From NCBI RefSeq assembly GCF_001186125.1, contig NW_014040358.1, positions 1-50,422 on the forward strand: DNA of 50,422 bases, written 5' to 3'. A program made the translations under genes and the position numbers. Within the stretch, counting starts at the first letter, position 1; the number at the start of each line of letters is the position of its first letter. Origin of the DNA: Sphaeroforma arctica JP610. Taxonomy: Eukaryota. Shown here in pieces: positions 26,480-36,705 of the stretch. The notes beneath the pieces are model-generated. The model searched no databases, had not been told where the DNA came from, and saw nothing but the letters and a program-made list of their open reading frames with translations.

Positions 26480-27244
26480 TTGGCCAGGCGAGTCCTGCAG
26501 AGACTCAACGAACAAAATTTCAAGATTAACGAGACGAAATGTCACTTCGCCATGAGCGAAATACAGCTCTTAAGCTACCGTATATCTGGGGAAGGTATTA
26601 AAATCGACCCCGGTAAGGTGGAACACCTGTTAGATTGGCGAACACCAACTACAGGAAGAGATGTGAACAGCATGTGTGGGTTTGTAAACTTCTTTTCAGA
26701 TGGAGTACCACATTTGGCTGATTATCTTAAACCCTTTAAACACTTAAGATGTCATAAAGGCAAACTAGGAGACTTGTGGACTAAAGAGTTTGATGACACA
26801 TTTAAAGCGCTCAAGAACGCAGTCCAACAATCCCCTGTTGTACAAGGACCAGTCGATGGCGTGCCTTTTGAAATAGCAACGGACGCATCAGACTTAGCAC
26901 TCGGAGGTGTACTATACCAGGATATAGATACTAAACCTAGGTATATGCAATTCTTTAGCCGAGCAATGAATGCATCACAGTTGAATTATCCAACTGTGAA
27001 GCAAGAGCTACTAGCCATAGTAGCAGCTTTAACACACTTCCGCGAATACTTATACGGAACAGCTTTTACGCTGATGTGTGATCAGAAGTCCCTTCAATAT
27101 ATGAAGGAAATGAAGCCAGACTCTCAATTACTGAGCCGATGGCATGATACACTATCAAAGTTTCATTTTGATATCAAACATCTACCAGGGATACATAACC
27201 ATTTACCGGATATTTTATCACGCTTTGTACCGTACTTTAATTAA
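26480..27244 (+). pseudogene. pol: Reverse transcriptase C-terminal/thumb plus Ty3-type RNase H
   Basis: 'VLQRLNEQNFKINETKCHF', 'CGFVNFF', 'IATDASDLALGGVLYQ', 'NYPTVKQELLAIV', 'CDQKSL', 'NHLPDILSR'. No YxDD-containing core is present upstream. Confidence 0.92.
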
Positions 27245-27680
27245 ATCCGTACGTGAGTTACTAGCCACTGATTGGAAATGTAACCCCAGGTGGTTTGAAC
27301 TGGCTCAAAAGATATTTGGGCCACACATAGTTGACATGTTTGCTGCACATCATAATGCACAACTTAAGAATTACAGGACTTTAAATCATCCTATGGGAGA
27401 CTCCTTTCAACTAGACCTCCCCGAACATAATGCGTGGGCCAATCCACCATGTCAGTTAATTGTCCAACTACTAAATTATGTTCATATACACAAAGCTACC
27501 ATCACGTTGTGTTGCCCATTACGGAGTAAAGATCTATGGCTCAATACATTAATAAGCATGATACAATGCGAGCCAATATATTTAGATAGGGAAGTAGATA
27601 CTTTCCTATATCAGGGTACCCGAGCCGTCCAGAAGACGCCCTGAAGACATATAGGTCCCATTGGAACAACCAAATGAACC
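27245..27680 (+). pseudogene. DNA N6-adenine methyltransferase domain (DIRS1/phage Dam-like) within pol
   Basis: 'DWKCNPRWFELAQKIFGPHIVDMFAAHHNAQLKNY...DSF...NAWANPPCQLIVQLL...ITLCCP....W'. The SAM-binding DxFA..N motif and catalytic NPPx (27441-27452) are both present. Confidence 0.85.
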
Positions 27681-28079
27681 CCTTCTGAGATCTTCCTTAA
27701 CAAGGTCAAAGAATATGAGATTCCACTCTCAACTAAATTGAACGTTAAGCAGTTCAAAGGCAACACAGCATTTGATACAATCTACTAATGACACTACAGT
27801 TAAGAAGCGCCAGTCGCTAGCTAGGACTCTGTTTAATAACATAAAGTCCAAGACCGAAGTCTTTCAACCTCTATTTTTAAAGGGATTAATGAAAGATAAT
27901 CCTGAAACATATACACATATAATGCGACTATTAAATAAGTCAGGTGTATCAAACGCACACGAGCGCACTTATGACGCTCATGCAAAAGCAGGACAGGAGT
28001 ATGGAAACACTACAGACTTAGAGACCACGCAAGTGGATTCTCAACACTCTACCTTTATTCTGGAAGAGCAGAATGATGA

Positions 28080-29473
28080 AAACATTCTTGCTTGGCTGAA
28101 GCAAAGTCATAAGCTGAAGCACCAGAACGTAGTAGAAGCACTTAAAGATGCTAAGCGACATGGGATCGCGCACCCTAAGCTGGCAACTTTAGTTGACAGA
28201 GTATATCAGTCATGCACAGACTGTGATCTCAATCAGATCAAGCGCTATGGCTTCGCACCACTTAAGAGTGTGACTGAAGATGTTCCATGGCGCAGGGTCA
28301 TCATTGATCTGGTTGACCTGCCTACGTCCGAGCACACAGGCGACCGTTACATATGCCATTTCTTTGATGTGGCGTCACGGTATAACTTGCTCTATCCATT
28401 TAAGGCCAGAGTACGCAGACCGTGGCAGAATTATGTTGCCAAGTCTTTGCTGACCACGGGTGGCCAGGTATAATGTGTACTGATAACGGTAGCGAGTTCT
28501 GCGATGACGTAATATAATCGTTAGTACTCGTATCAGGCATGTGCCATAAAAGGGGTGTACCATATAAACCGCAAACACAAGGCGCGAATGAAACGCGCCA
28601 TAGAAGACTTAAGTTCTTCTTACGTACTGCATTAACGGATGATGCAGATGATTGACCGTACCACCTTAAGTGGGTACAAACACAAATGAACGAGTGTGCT
28701 GATCCGGTTACTGGTACAACACCCACTCACTATTTTCGTGGCAGATAAAGTGAGTTACCAATACCTTTTAACAAGGACGAACCTAATCACCATGGGCTAC
28801 CATGGTTTGAGAAGGAACAACGTATTTATAACGTTGTATATCCTTGCTTGCGAGGAACACGCAATATTGCCTTATTAAAAAGGCAAAATTGATGGAATTC
28901 TACCAAAAAAGATAGCAGAGTATCAGGTTGGAGACAGAGTTAACATCCGTCAACGTAATTCCGATGCTACTGTATTAACATCTAAATGGATAGGACCATA
29001 TATAATCTCTGTAGCTGACGTTAAAAGTGAAACCTACCAGGTTAATAACCCCGACGGTTCCCAGTGTTTTAAATATAGGCACTAGTCGGATTCAGACTAC
29101 TGAGATTATTCTCGCAAGTAGACATGACTCTAATGCCCCTCTTGATCGTTCTGAATTTAAAGACATTATATGGAGAACGGATAAGGGAGGCTATACATAC
29201 TATCGTACACGCTTTATAGACGGTACAATCGCTGAGTTGACTTCAGATGCTTTCGATAATCAAGACTATTTAAAAGCCTTTAATCGAAAATGGCGTAAAC
29301 GCCTTTTTAAGTCACAAACTGAAAAAGATAGCATGTTTCCATCGTCTGAAGGCACGAAAGTTAAAACTTACCCGCCTACAGCATTTATCCCGAGCTTTAA
29401 TGCTCACCCTTCATATGTGCTTAAGACACTGAAGCGTAAGAAACGTCCAGTCGACCATCACGGACCTACTTGA
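28080..29473 (+). pseudogene. Integrase (HHCC, DDE core, GPY/F, chromodomain-like tail), frameshifted
   Basis: 'HKLKH...CTDC', 'PWRRVIIDLV', 'TDNGSEF', 'PYKPQTQGANE', 'YQVGDRV...KWIGPY', 'FKDIIWRTDKGGYTYYRTRFIDG'. Confidence 0.9.
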
Positions 29474-29650
29474 CCTAAGCCCAAAACTCAAAGGGTGACC
29501 GAGATCGCTTAACTTCTCCGCCTGAGAAACATTAATTATACGTTATGCTACTTAATGTTTTCGACCCGTTTTCCTTTCTCGCTTTTTGACCCATAATCAG
29601 CTTGAGTGAGCAACTTGCTTCTCCTGGGTCTCAAAGCTGGGTGGGGGCTG

Positions 29651-30423
29651 TGTAATAGCCGGGCCTCCACATTAGACTCTATGTTCTAAACGTACTCTTA
29701 AGCAGTACGTAAACTGTAAACGTACTCTTAATAGTACAAGGAACTTAAGTTTCCTAAACGGGTTTTAACGGTTTTATTAATTAATACTTTTTCCATTTTA
29801 CATATCAGATATTTGGACAAGGACATTAAAAGGCCCCAGTAAAATACCAAACATAAGATTTGGTCTAGTTTTATTAATAGAACTATATTTACTTTTCAAA
29901 TCTATTTATATCTGAATACTTCGGTAGCGAGATGGCTCAACAGAACATAGATTTCTAAGGACTATTAGCGTTGCTTAGTTTATCCTCCGTTCAGCCAACC
30001 AGATGTGCCAGTCTGATGAAAGCTAAGTTGGTAATTCTTGATAAGTGGCAAGTTAATGGTTAATGCAATAACTATGGACATCAGGAGTATTTTTCTTTTT
30101 CTTCTTCTTTTTTTCCTTCTTTTAAAGATAGGATTTTATGAGTCTCTCGGATTCGCCCCAACGAAACATGCCATAGTTTCTAATAGAGCAACAACGAAAC
30201 ACTAAATAAATTCCCTTCGGCGAAAACAGTACTGAGAGGAATATATATAGGCAATGTCTCAGCCTCAAAATCCCTCAGAGTATTGCTGTTTTCACGAGGC
30301 ATACCTAACTTTACCAAAAGACTCATTTCGTTTATTTACTTCGGATTTCACGATGCTTAGACTTAACCTACGCGTTTAATTACTCTAAGGCGTTAATATC
30401 GCTTTGATAGACTGAATCGTACA
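29651..30423 (+). repeat. 3' LTR
   Basis: tgtaatagcc...gactgaatcgtaca, preceded by the polypurine tract at 29639-29647. Confidence 0.93.
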
Positions 30424-31391
30424 CGTATATGGGGAATGAGCTCTCGTAGCCTGAGAATCAACGATTGAGTGCGAAGCGGCACACAAACGGTATTCTCCTG
30501 CTGATTAATATATAGGATAACAGCATCAGAGTCCGTGTACTCTGTTCTCGAAGATCGAACTCCAGCTCGGAAGTATAAATCAGCAACGCTAGCTCCCAAG
30601 AATAAACCAGCCACTATATCTCCCGAGTATAAACCAGCCACTCTAGCTCCCGAGTATAAACCAGCCACTCTAGCTCCCGAGTATAAACCAGTCGCTCTAG
30701 CTCCCGAGTATAGACCAGCCACTCTAGCTCCCGAGTATAAACCAGCCACTCGAGCTCTTGAGTATAACACAGCGATATCTACTAGACAATTCCTTGGGCT
30801 CTGTTTGGAATCATCGGGTTAACTGGTTTGCACGGTTTCTGCTATTGGTAGTTTTTCTCCGACACAGGTATAGTTCTATACTGTACTTGCCAGAACGCAT
30901 ATATGGTGTCACTAATCAACAGTTGTCTCAAGTATTCAGAACGACGGATTACTCGAGACGTACACCTCGGGTCCTCTAGCTCTCAGAGGTAAAATGCCAG
31001 CACGATGCTCTAGCTCTCGAGGATAATGCCAACACACTGCTCTAGCTCTCGAGGATAATGCCAGCGGATCCCTCTTGTTCGTGGAGATAAAATTAGCGTC
31101 CCAGATATTTGTATATCTTCATTCCTGAAGCTCGCACACGTTTCGTGCTTCAGCTTGGGGGGGTTGTGGTCAGATATACGATTTAGGGTTATTAGGGTTT
31201 TTGTGATCAGATATATGATTTAGGGTTATTAGGGTCTATTTGTGGATCGGTCATAAACCCAGTTTAGGGTTTTGATCCGATTACGCACATGCGCTAATTG
31301 ACCAGATGTTAATCGAGTAATGTTCAATAAATATCCAACGACTCACCTCTGATGAAGGGAGTACGTTGAGATATAGTTATTATTTACCACA
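30424..31391 (+). mobile_element. 3' portion of a 'tgtggtcaga'-family LTR element (3' internal repeats, PPT, LTR 31165-31391)
   Basis: G7 tract at 31157-31163, then tgtggtcaga...tttaccaca. Termini and AATAAA-hairpin layout are the same as the LTR at 17277. Confidence 0.75.
30563..30770 (+). repeat. 27-bp tandem repeat (~7 units)
   Basis: Unit ccagccactctagctcccgagtataaa. Confidence 0.92.
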
Positions 31392-31800
31392 GGATGCTTA
31401 ATAAGAATTAGTTTAGCCTCGCTCAATCAAGATGGGGTCCATTTATTATTGATATGTTCGCCGCAGAACATAACAAACAGGCTTTTGATTTTAGGTCGTT
31501 GACTCATCCTAAAGGTGATGCCTTTCAACTTGACTTATCAAAGCATAATGCGTGGGCTAAATCACCTGGACAACTTATCGCACAGTTGTTAAATTATGTT
31601 AATATTACTAAATCTACCACTACGCTGTGTTGTCCCTTACGTGGCTCCGACCCATGGATACGTGATTTAAATAATATGATACAAGACGAGCCTATCTATG
31701 TCAACCGTGAAACCGACACGTTCTTGTATCAGAGATCCTATTCTATTAAGAAGACACCTTGGAAACACACCATCGTTTGTCGCATCGGTCCTGCAGGTAC
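31392..31800 (+). pseudogene. DNA N6-adenine methyltransferase domain, copy 2 (catalytic NPP degenerated to KSP)
   Basis: Collinear with 27270-27680 along its whole length. Confidence 0.8.
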
Positions 31801-33820
31801 CACTAAGTGCAAGCCCTCAACCGAGTTCTTAGCTAAACTAGAGGAGTCTAAGGAGTTTGAACAAAAGCTCAAGACTCATACAACACATGCATCCAACAAG
31901 AATGCGGTCGAGGTGATGCCGATTGAGACGGCATTAGATCATAAAAAACATGGAACTAGCTAAGGCCATGGATCAAAGACTCAAAGCTCTAAGGGAACCT
32001 GAAGCTCGCACTCAACTACTTAATGCGCTGCTTAAAGAACAGGCAGGAGTTGTGAAACAACTGAAGAAGATACTTCAACAATATAATGTTGTTAATTACG
32101 TATCTCAGGAGTCTACCCCTTCTGATACTGAAGTTGCCCTATCTAACGGGACTATGGTTCATCCAGCCAGCGTTACACAGAATCTGACTGACTTAGAGGA
32201 GCTCGAGAGTAAAGTTAAAATAATACATAATTTAACTCATCGAGCATATGAACATACTTATAAGATGGCTATTCGTGCAGGGCTTGATCACCCGGCGTCG
32301 AAAGAAACGATACGTAATGTATACCGACGCTGTACTGATTGTGAAAAGAATCAGATCAAGCGCTACGGTTGGGCACCCCTAAAAAGTGTGACAGATGACC
32401 AACCGATGCGCCGAGTCCAAGTCGATTTGGTTAAACTCCCGCGATCCAGGCACACTGGCGATGTATATATCTGTCATTTCTTATGTGTAGCTTCGGGCTA
32501 TAACTTGCTTTATGCAATACCAAACAAACGCCCGCAAACAGTGGCAGATTTATGCTATCACGTCATTAATGACTTCGGTTTCCCCCGAGTATGATAACGG
32601 TAGTGAGTTTTGTACCGACGTAATGGAGACACATATACTCGTATCAGGCATGACCCATAGGCGTAGTGTTCCTTATAAACCTCAAACGCAGGGTGCAAAT
32701 GAGACACGTCATAGAGAACTAAAGAAGCTATTGCGTACTGCACTAGATGACGTTGAGGATATGTGGCCTTATCATTTAAAATGGGTTCAGACTCAAATGA
32801 ATAACTGCATGAATCTTCAAACTGGAACACTCCCGTTTTACTACTTATTTGGCCGCTATAGTGAATTACAAGCAACGTTTGACAAAACTGCCCCGAGAAA
32901 CACGTTACTCCATGGCTACAAAAGTCGAGCATGCAGAACGTTGTTTACCCTTGTTTACTCGAGCACAAAAATCGTGTCCTACTTAAAGCGTATAACCGAT
33001 GGATTAACATTAAAAACATTGTTCAGTTCAAAGTTGGCGATTATGTTAACATTATAAATCGCAATGCCAACGTTTCCGAACTCTCTTCTAAGACAATTGG
33101 GCCTTCTGTTATTTACTACCATGATGAGAAGAGTGATACTTACGAAGTGAATAACATAGATGGTACTAGCGCAACTAATCTAGGCACTCACCGTATCCCT
33201 ACCTCCGAACTCTTATTCGCTCGCTCATTTGACTCTGATGTCCCAGTTATGGAGTCACAAGTCAAAGATATAATTGACAAAACATTCGAAGACGGCTACA
33301 CTTACTACAAGACCCGTTTTATGGATGGGACAGTAGCTTGGCTAACCTCCGATGCATTTCGGGAATTTTGCGACTTCCTTCGAATTTTTAATAAGAAAAG
33401 GAACAAGTGTCTACATAAGAACACACGAGATAAACGGAAAGGGTTTCCTCAGGTGACTACAAACCCTGATGGATATGAAATTCCCTATTTGCCACATACT
33501 TCCTATGTGACTAAACTTTCTGATCTGCTTACCAACAGAGCAGAACTTCGAACTTACTTTCTAATGAAGAACAACCTTTGGCTATTACCTTATCAAGTAA
33601 TAAACGTAAGGCGCCTGCATCGGAAATGGTTACTGGACCAAATACTAAACGACATAGAGTACAACATGAGTCTTGAACTCGTACATATAGGCACATACTT
33701 ATTCGATAAGTCATGACCGAAACCGGGTTACTTTGGTTTTCGCTTTACGAACTAGATTGTACCTTCACGTACGTCCGTAGTCCTAAAAGCTACTGGGGGC
33801 TATGTAAAAATACGGCCTCC
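31392..33820 (+). mobile_element. Second, diverged, 5'-truncated copy of the methyltransferase-carrying Gypsy family (MTase-integrase-chromo-like, PPT, start of 3' LTR at 33803)
   Basis: '(W)MLNKN*FSLAQSRWGPFIIDMFAAEHN...NAWAKSPGQLIAQLLNYV', 'HNLTH..CTDC', 'RVQVDLV', 'DNGSEF', 'PQTQGANE', 'FKVGDYV', 'VKDIIDKTFEDGYTYY'. It ends ggggg-cta-tgtaaaaatacggcctcc, resembling the first element's LTR start. Confidence 0.88.
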
Positions 33821-35959
33821 GGTCAGTCTAAAATATCAAGATCAAATGAGATAACACACTGGTTTTTATTTGCATTTAAATTTTTTTAATACAATTTCTT
33901 TTTCCAATATTTCCAAAGTGTTCTAAATTCACTTTGATGGCTCCAATAGCCTGAGTATTTGGTATGACTCATTTACTTGTACCTATTTGAGACGATAGTA
34001 GATGTAGGATACTATAAACTAAATTTTATAATCTCTGAACTACTATTTATAGGTTTTGGTCTTCCCGCCAATCTCCAAAATCCAATAAGTCTTTTTCATT
34101 TTTTAACCTTTCTTCAGATGGAACTTTATTTATATTAGTTAATGTATTAACTTGACTTACATTCTTATATCTATCTACAAATTAGACGTGTGGTCATGAA
34201 CACTTAGTACTTCTAGTGAAAATTATTCAATAAAGAACTGCTAGAGGTACGTTCTGTGTGATAAAGGATATTAAGGCTCTTACCAACAGGCAGTCCCGAT
34301 CATTCTTGCACAAGCTACCACTGCTAAATCCTAACTGACTTAAATTGTATCTTAGTTTATACAACATAGTTTAAAACATTGAAATATCCATCGAAGTTTA
34401 CACGGATGAGGGTACGGTGGTTGTTCTACATGCTGGAGAAAAGATCCAAGGTGTTCGTGTAGAGTCCAGATACCGTGGAAATCGTGGCGCTCCTGTAATT
34501 GCTGGAGATGGTCAGGGCCAATGGGCTGCAGTTTCGGGCCTACTAGGATGCGTCGAATCAATTGTTGAATGCAGGTAAAGTGGCTGGTGGTGAATTTGTG
34601 GCCACCGGGGCAGACAGGGCAGAGACAGTCGTCGGTGCGGTAGTCGAGCAATGTGAACATGTACGTATTCGTTACAATCATAGCACAGAGCCGGATGATC
34701 AGTGTAGGCTCGGAGCAGTGGTTGAAGCTGTCGTGTCTGGCTTTGTCCATTTTTTGAGGTTGGCGGGTTACCCATGACCATTTGGTAGTAGTAATGGTGC
34801 CAGGCCATTGTCGCGATCTTCTTGTTAGACCAGCGTTTTGTCGAGTTCTTCCTGATGTCGTCACAGCGTAGGCGGAGGGCTACATAATCGGGTATACCCC
34901 GTGGTTTTGTGTACAATTTTCAGCGCAGTGGTGGTTTGTCGTGGGCCCAGGCGGGTTACGTCAGAGGGGCGAGTGGGTTTGTGCTGGCCAATGTTTGGGA
35001 AACTTAGCGTATTTAGTGGTCGTGATGATAGCTGCTGCTTGAGTGAGTGCTGAGTATAGCGCTCGAACAGGGAGTCCAGCACATCCTTTCATATAGGCGG
35101 AGCCCAGGCAATAATATTTAGGCCATATATAGCAGTGGATGGGATGAATGTTTTGAACAGCACAAGTCGGTTGCGGGAGTGTCACCAGCTGAAGCCATGA
35201 AAGCCATAAGCGCGGAAAGAGCACAGCCGACACCCAGAAACAATACTGCAACCAAGGATTCCATAGGTCTGGCGAGGTTGATCCCTGGTATTCCGTGAGA
35301 GAGTAGGGAACCCCAGACATTTGGAGAGTTTATGCTTGGCATATGTAGGCGCCATCTTCAGGGCAAGGTAACGTGTGTTCCATGGTGCTTCTGTGAGCGT
35401 CGGCGTGATAAGCTCACCATTTATACGGAGGGTCCCGCCGCGTGACATCAGGAGAGGGTTCGGTATCCGGTGGAACCAAGTACGGGTTTGTAGAGTTGAA
35501 TAGGGCCTCAAAGTAGCCAGCGAGGGTAGCGCCTGTGTCATCGGTACCCGGTATGCAGGGTTGGCGCGGAGACCGTCGTTGGTACGCAATATCTTTGAAC
35601 TTTTGAGCATTGCTTTGGGCGATCAGACGTGGGCGGAGCAAGTTGTTTTGGCAGCCACTGAACCCAAGGTCTGTTTAAGTCATAGTAGAACCCTCCAAAC
35701 ATTTGTGGGATAGTGGCATAGCGCCAGATGTGGTCGAGGATTTGTAGCAGCCCTTTCGCTGGTCCATGTAAAGTGAGATACGACCGTAGTAGGATCTGAT
35801 GCGCCCGGATTTTGGCTTGGAATAGGCGCACGCTAGATTTGTTGCGTAGGTGATACAGTCGATGGCGATATTGGTTATATCCATGGGAGGGGAGGCGTTG
35901 GTCCAGAGGCGGCGGCATTGCTGGCATTTGTTGGGGCCGACGGATTCGATTTGTGGGAA

Positions 35960-36582
35960 GTATCTGGAAATCGAGTCCAAAGGTGTGGTCACCACAGATA
36001 CCATGGTCCGTCAGCTTATAAGTTTGGAGGGAGGTGGGGGTGGTAGATCGATGATACGCATGTTCAGTACCAGTTGAGCCGCCAGTACAGAGGTAGTCCA
36101 AGTGCCACGTATTACGCAGAGTAGTCTCAATCGTTTTCATACGTAGTCCGTGATTTGTAGATGCGTGGCCATACTTCCGGGCTTTGAAATTGAAATCTCC
36201 CCACACGACATCTGGTTGGAAACCGCCAATCTCGGGGGGATTCATGTATCGCCTGACGTCTTCTTCAGTAAGCGATTTGAGTGGAAAGTAGAACACGGCC
36301 ATATGAACGCCAAAGCACACAAAGAACACCGCGTACGGTGAAGAGTGTACCAGTTGAAAATTCAATGGGTGGTGTTTGGAAAAGATACCAATACCACAGT
36401 GTGAAAGGTGTAAGATATTATGCCGTATAGTGTGATGTAGTATATGATAGCGTGTGTTCGAGCGTATATATTTAAGAAATGTGGTGTTATGTCAGGTTTC
36501 AACCACACACATAACATCAACCTGACTTAAAATCGATATAACGTTCAAAAACTTTTTGTGGGTTGAAGAGCGTTATCCTCAT
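35960..36582 (-). pseudogene. APE/EEP-family endonuclease domain of LINE ORF2
   Basis: Ordered EEP motifs N, ET, YxP, GDFN, DH. Confidence 0.8.
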
Positions 36583-36705
36583 TGGTCCTAACATTGTTCA
36601 GTATCGGTCAATACTACTGGGCTCTCCTCTTTGACGATGTCAGCCATTTCTATATCATTGCCTGTTGTCGAAGAGTCTGTCGTGGAAAGCTGAGGCTACA
36701 TATTG

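Larger units (their letters stand above)
22674..30423 (+). mobile_element. Ty3/Gypsy LTR retrotransposon (decayed): gag-PR-(RT core deleted)-RNase H-adenine methyltransferase-integrase-chromo-like
   Basis: Paired ~770-bp LTRs (TG..CA), polypurine tract gggtggggg before the 3' LTR, Gypsy domain order with integrase last, and an imperfect 4-bp TSD agta/cgta. Confidence 0.93.

Noticed and set aside
27230..27250. Programmed frameshift between RNase H and MTase
   Set aside because: The element has many other frameshifts and stops and no clear slippery heptamer here; decay is simpler. A family consensus is needed to decide.
26480..27680. Interpretation as a DIRS element because of the RH-MTase junction
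   Set aside because: RNase H is Ty3-type, a protease and DDE integrase are present, termini are direct LTRs with a PPT, and no tyrosine recombinase was seen.
27640..36500. Several Trp codons mutated to stops, suggesting RIP-like mutagenesis
   Set aside because: TGG to TGA/TAG is the expected route to nonsense under ordinary transition bias, and no dinucleotide context was quantified.
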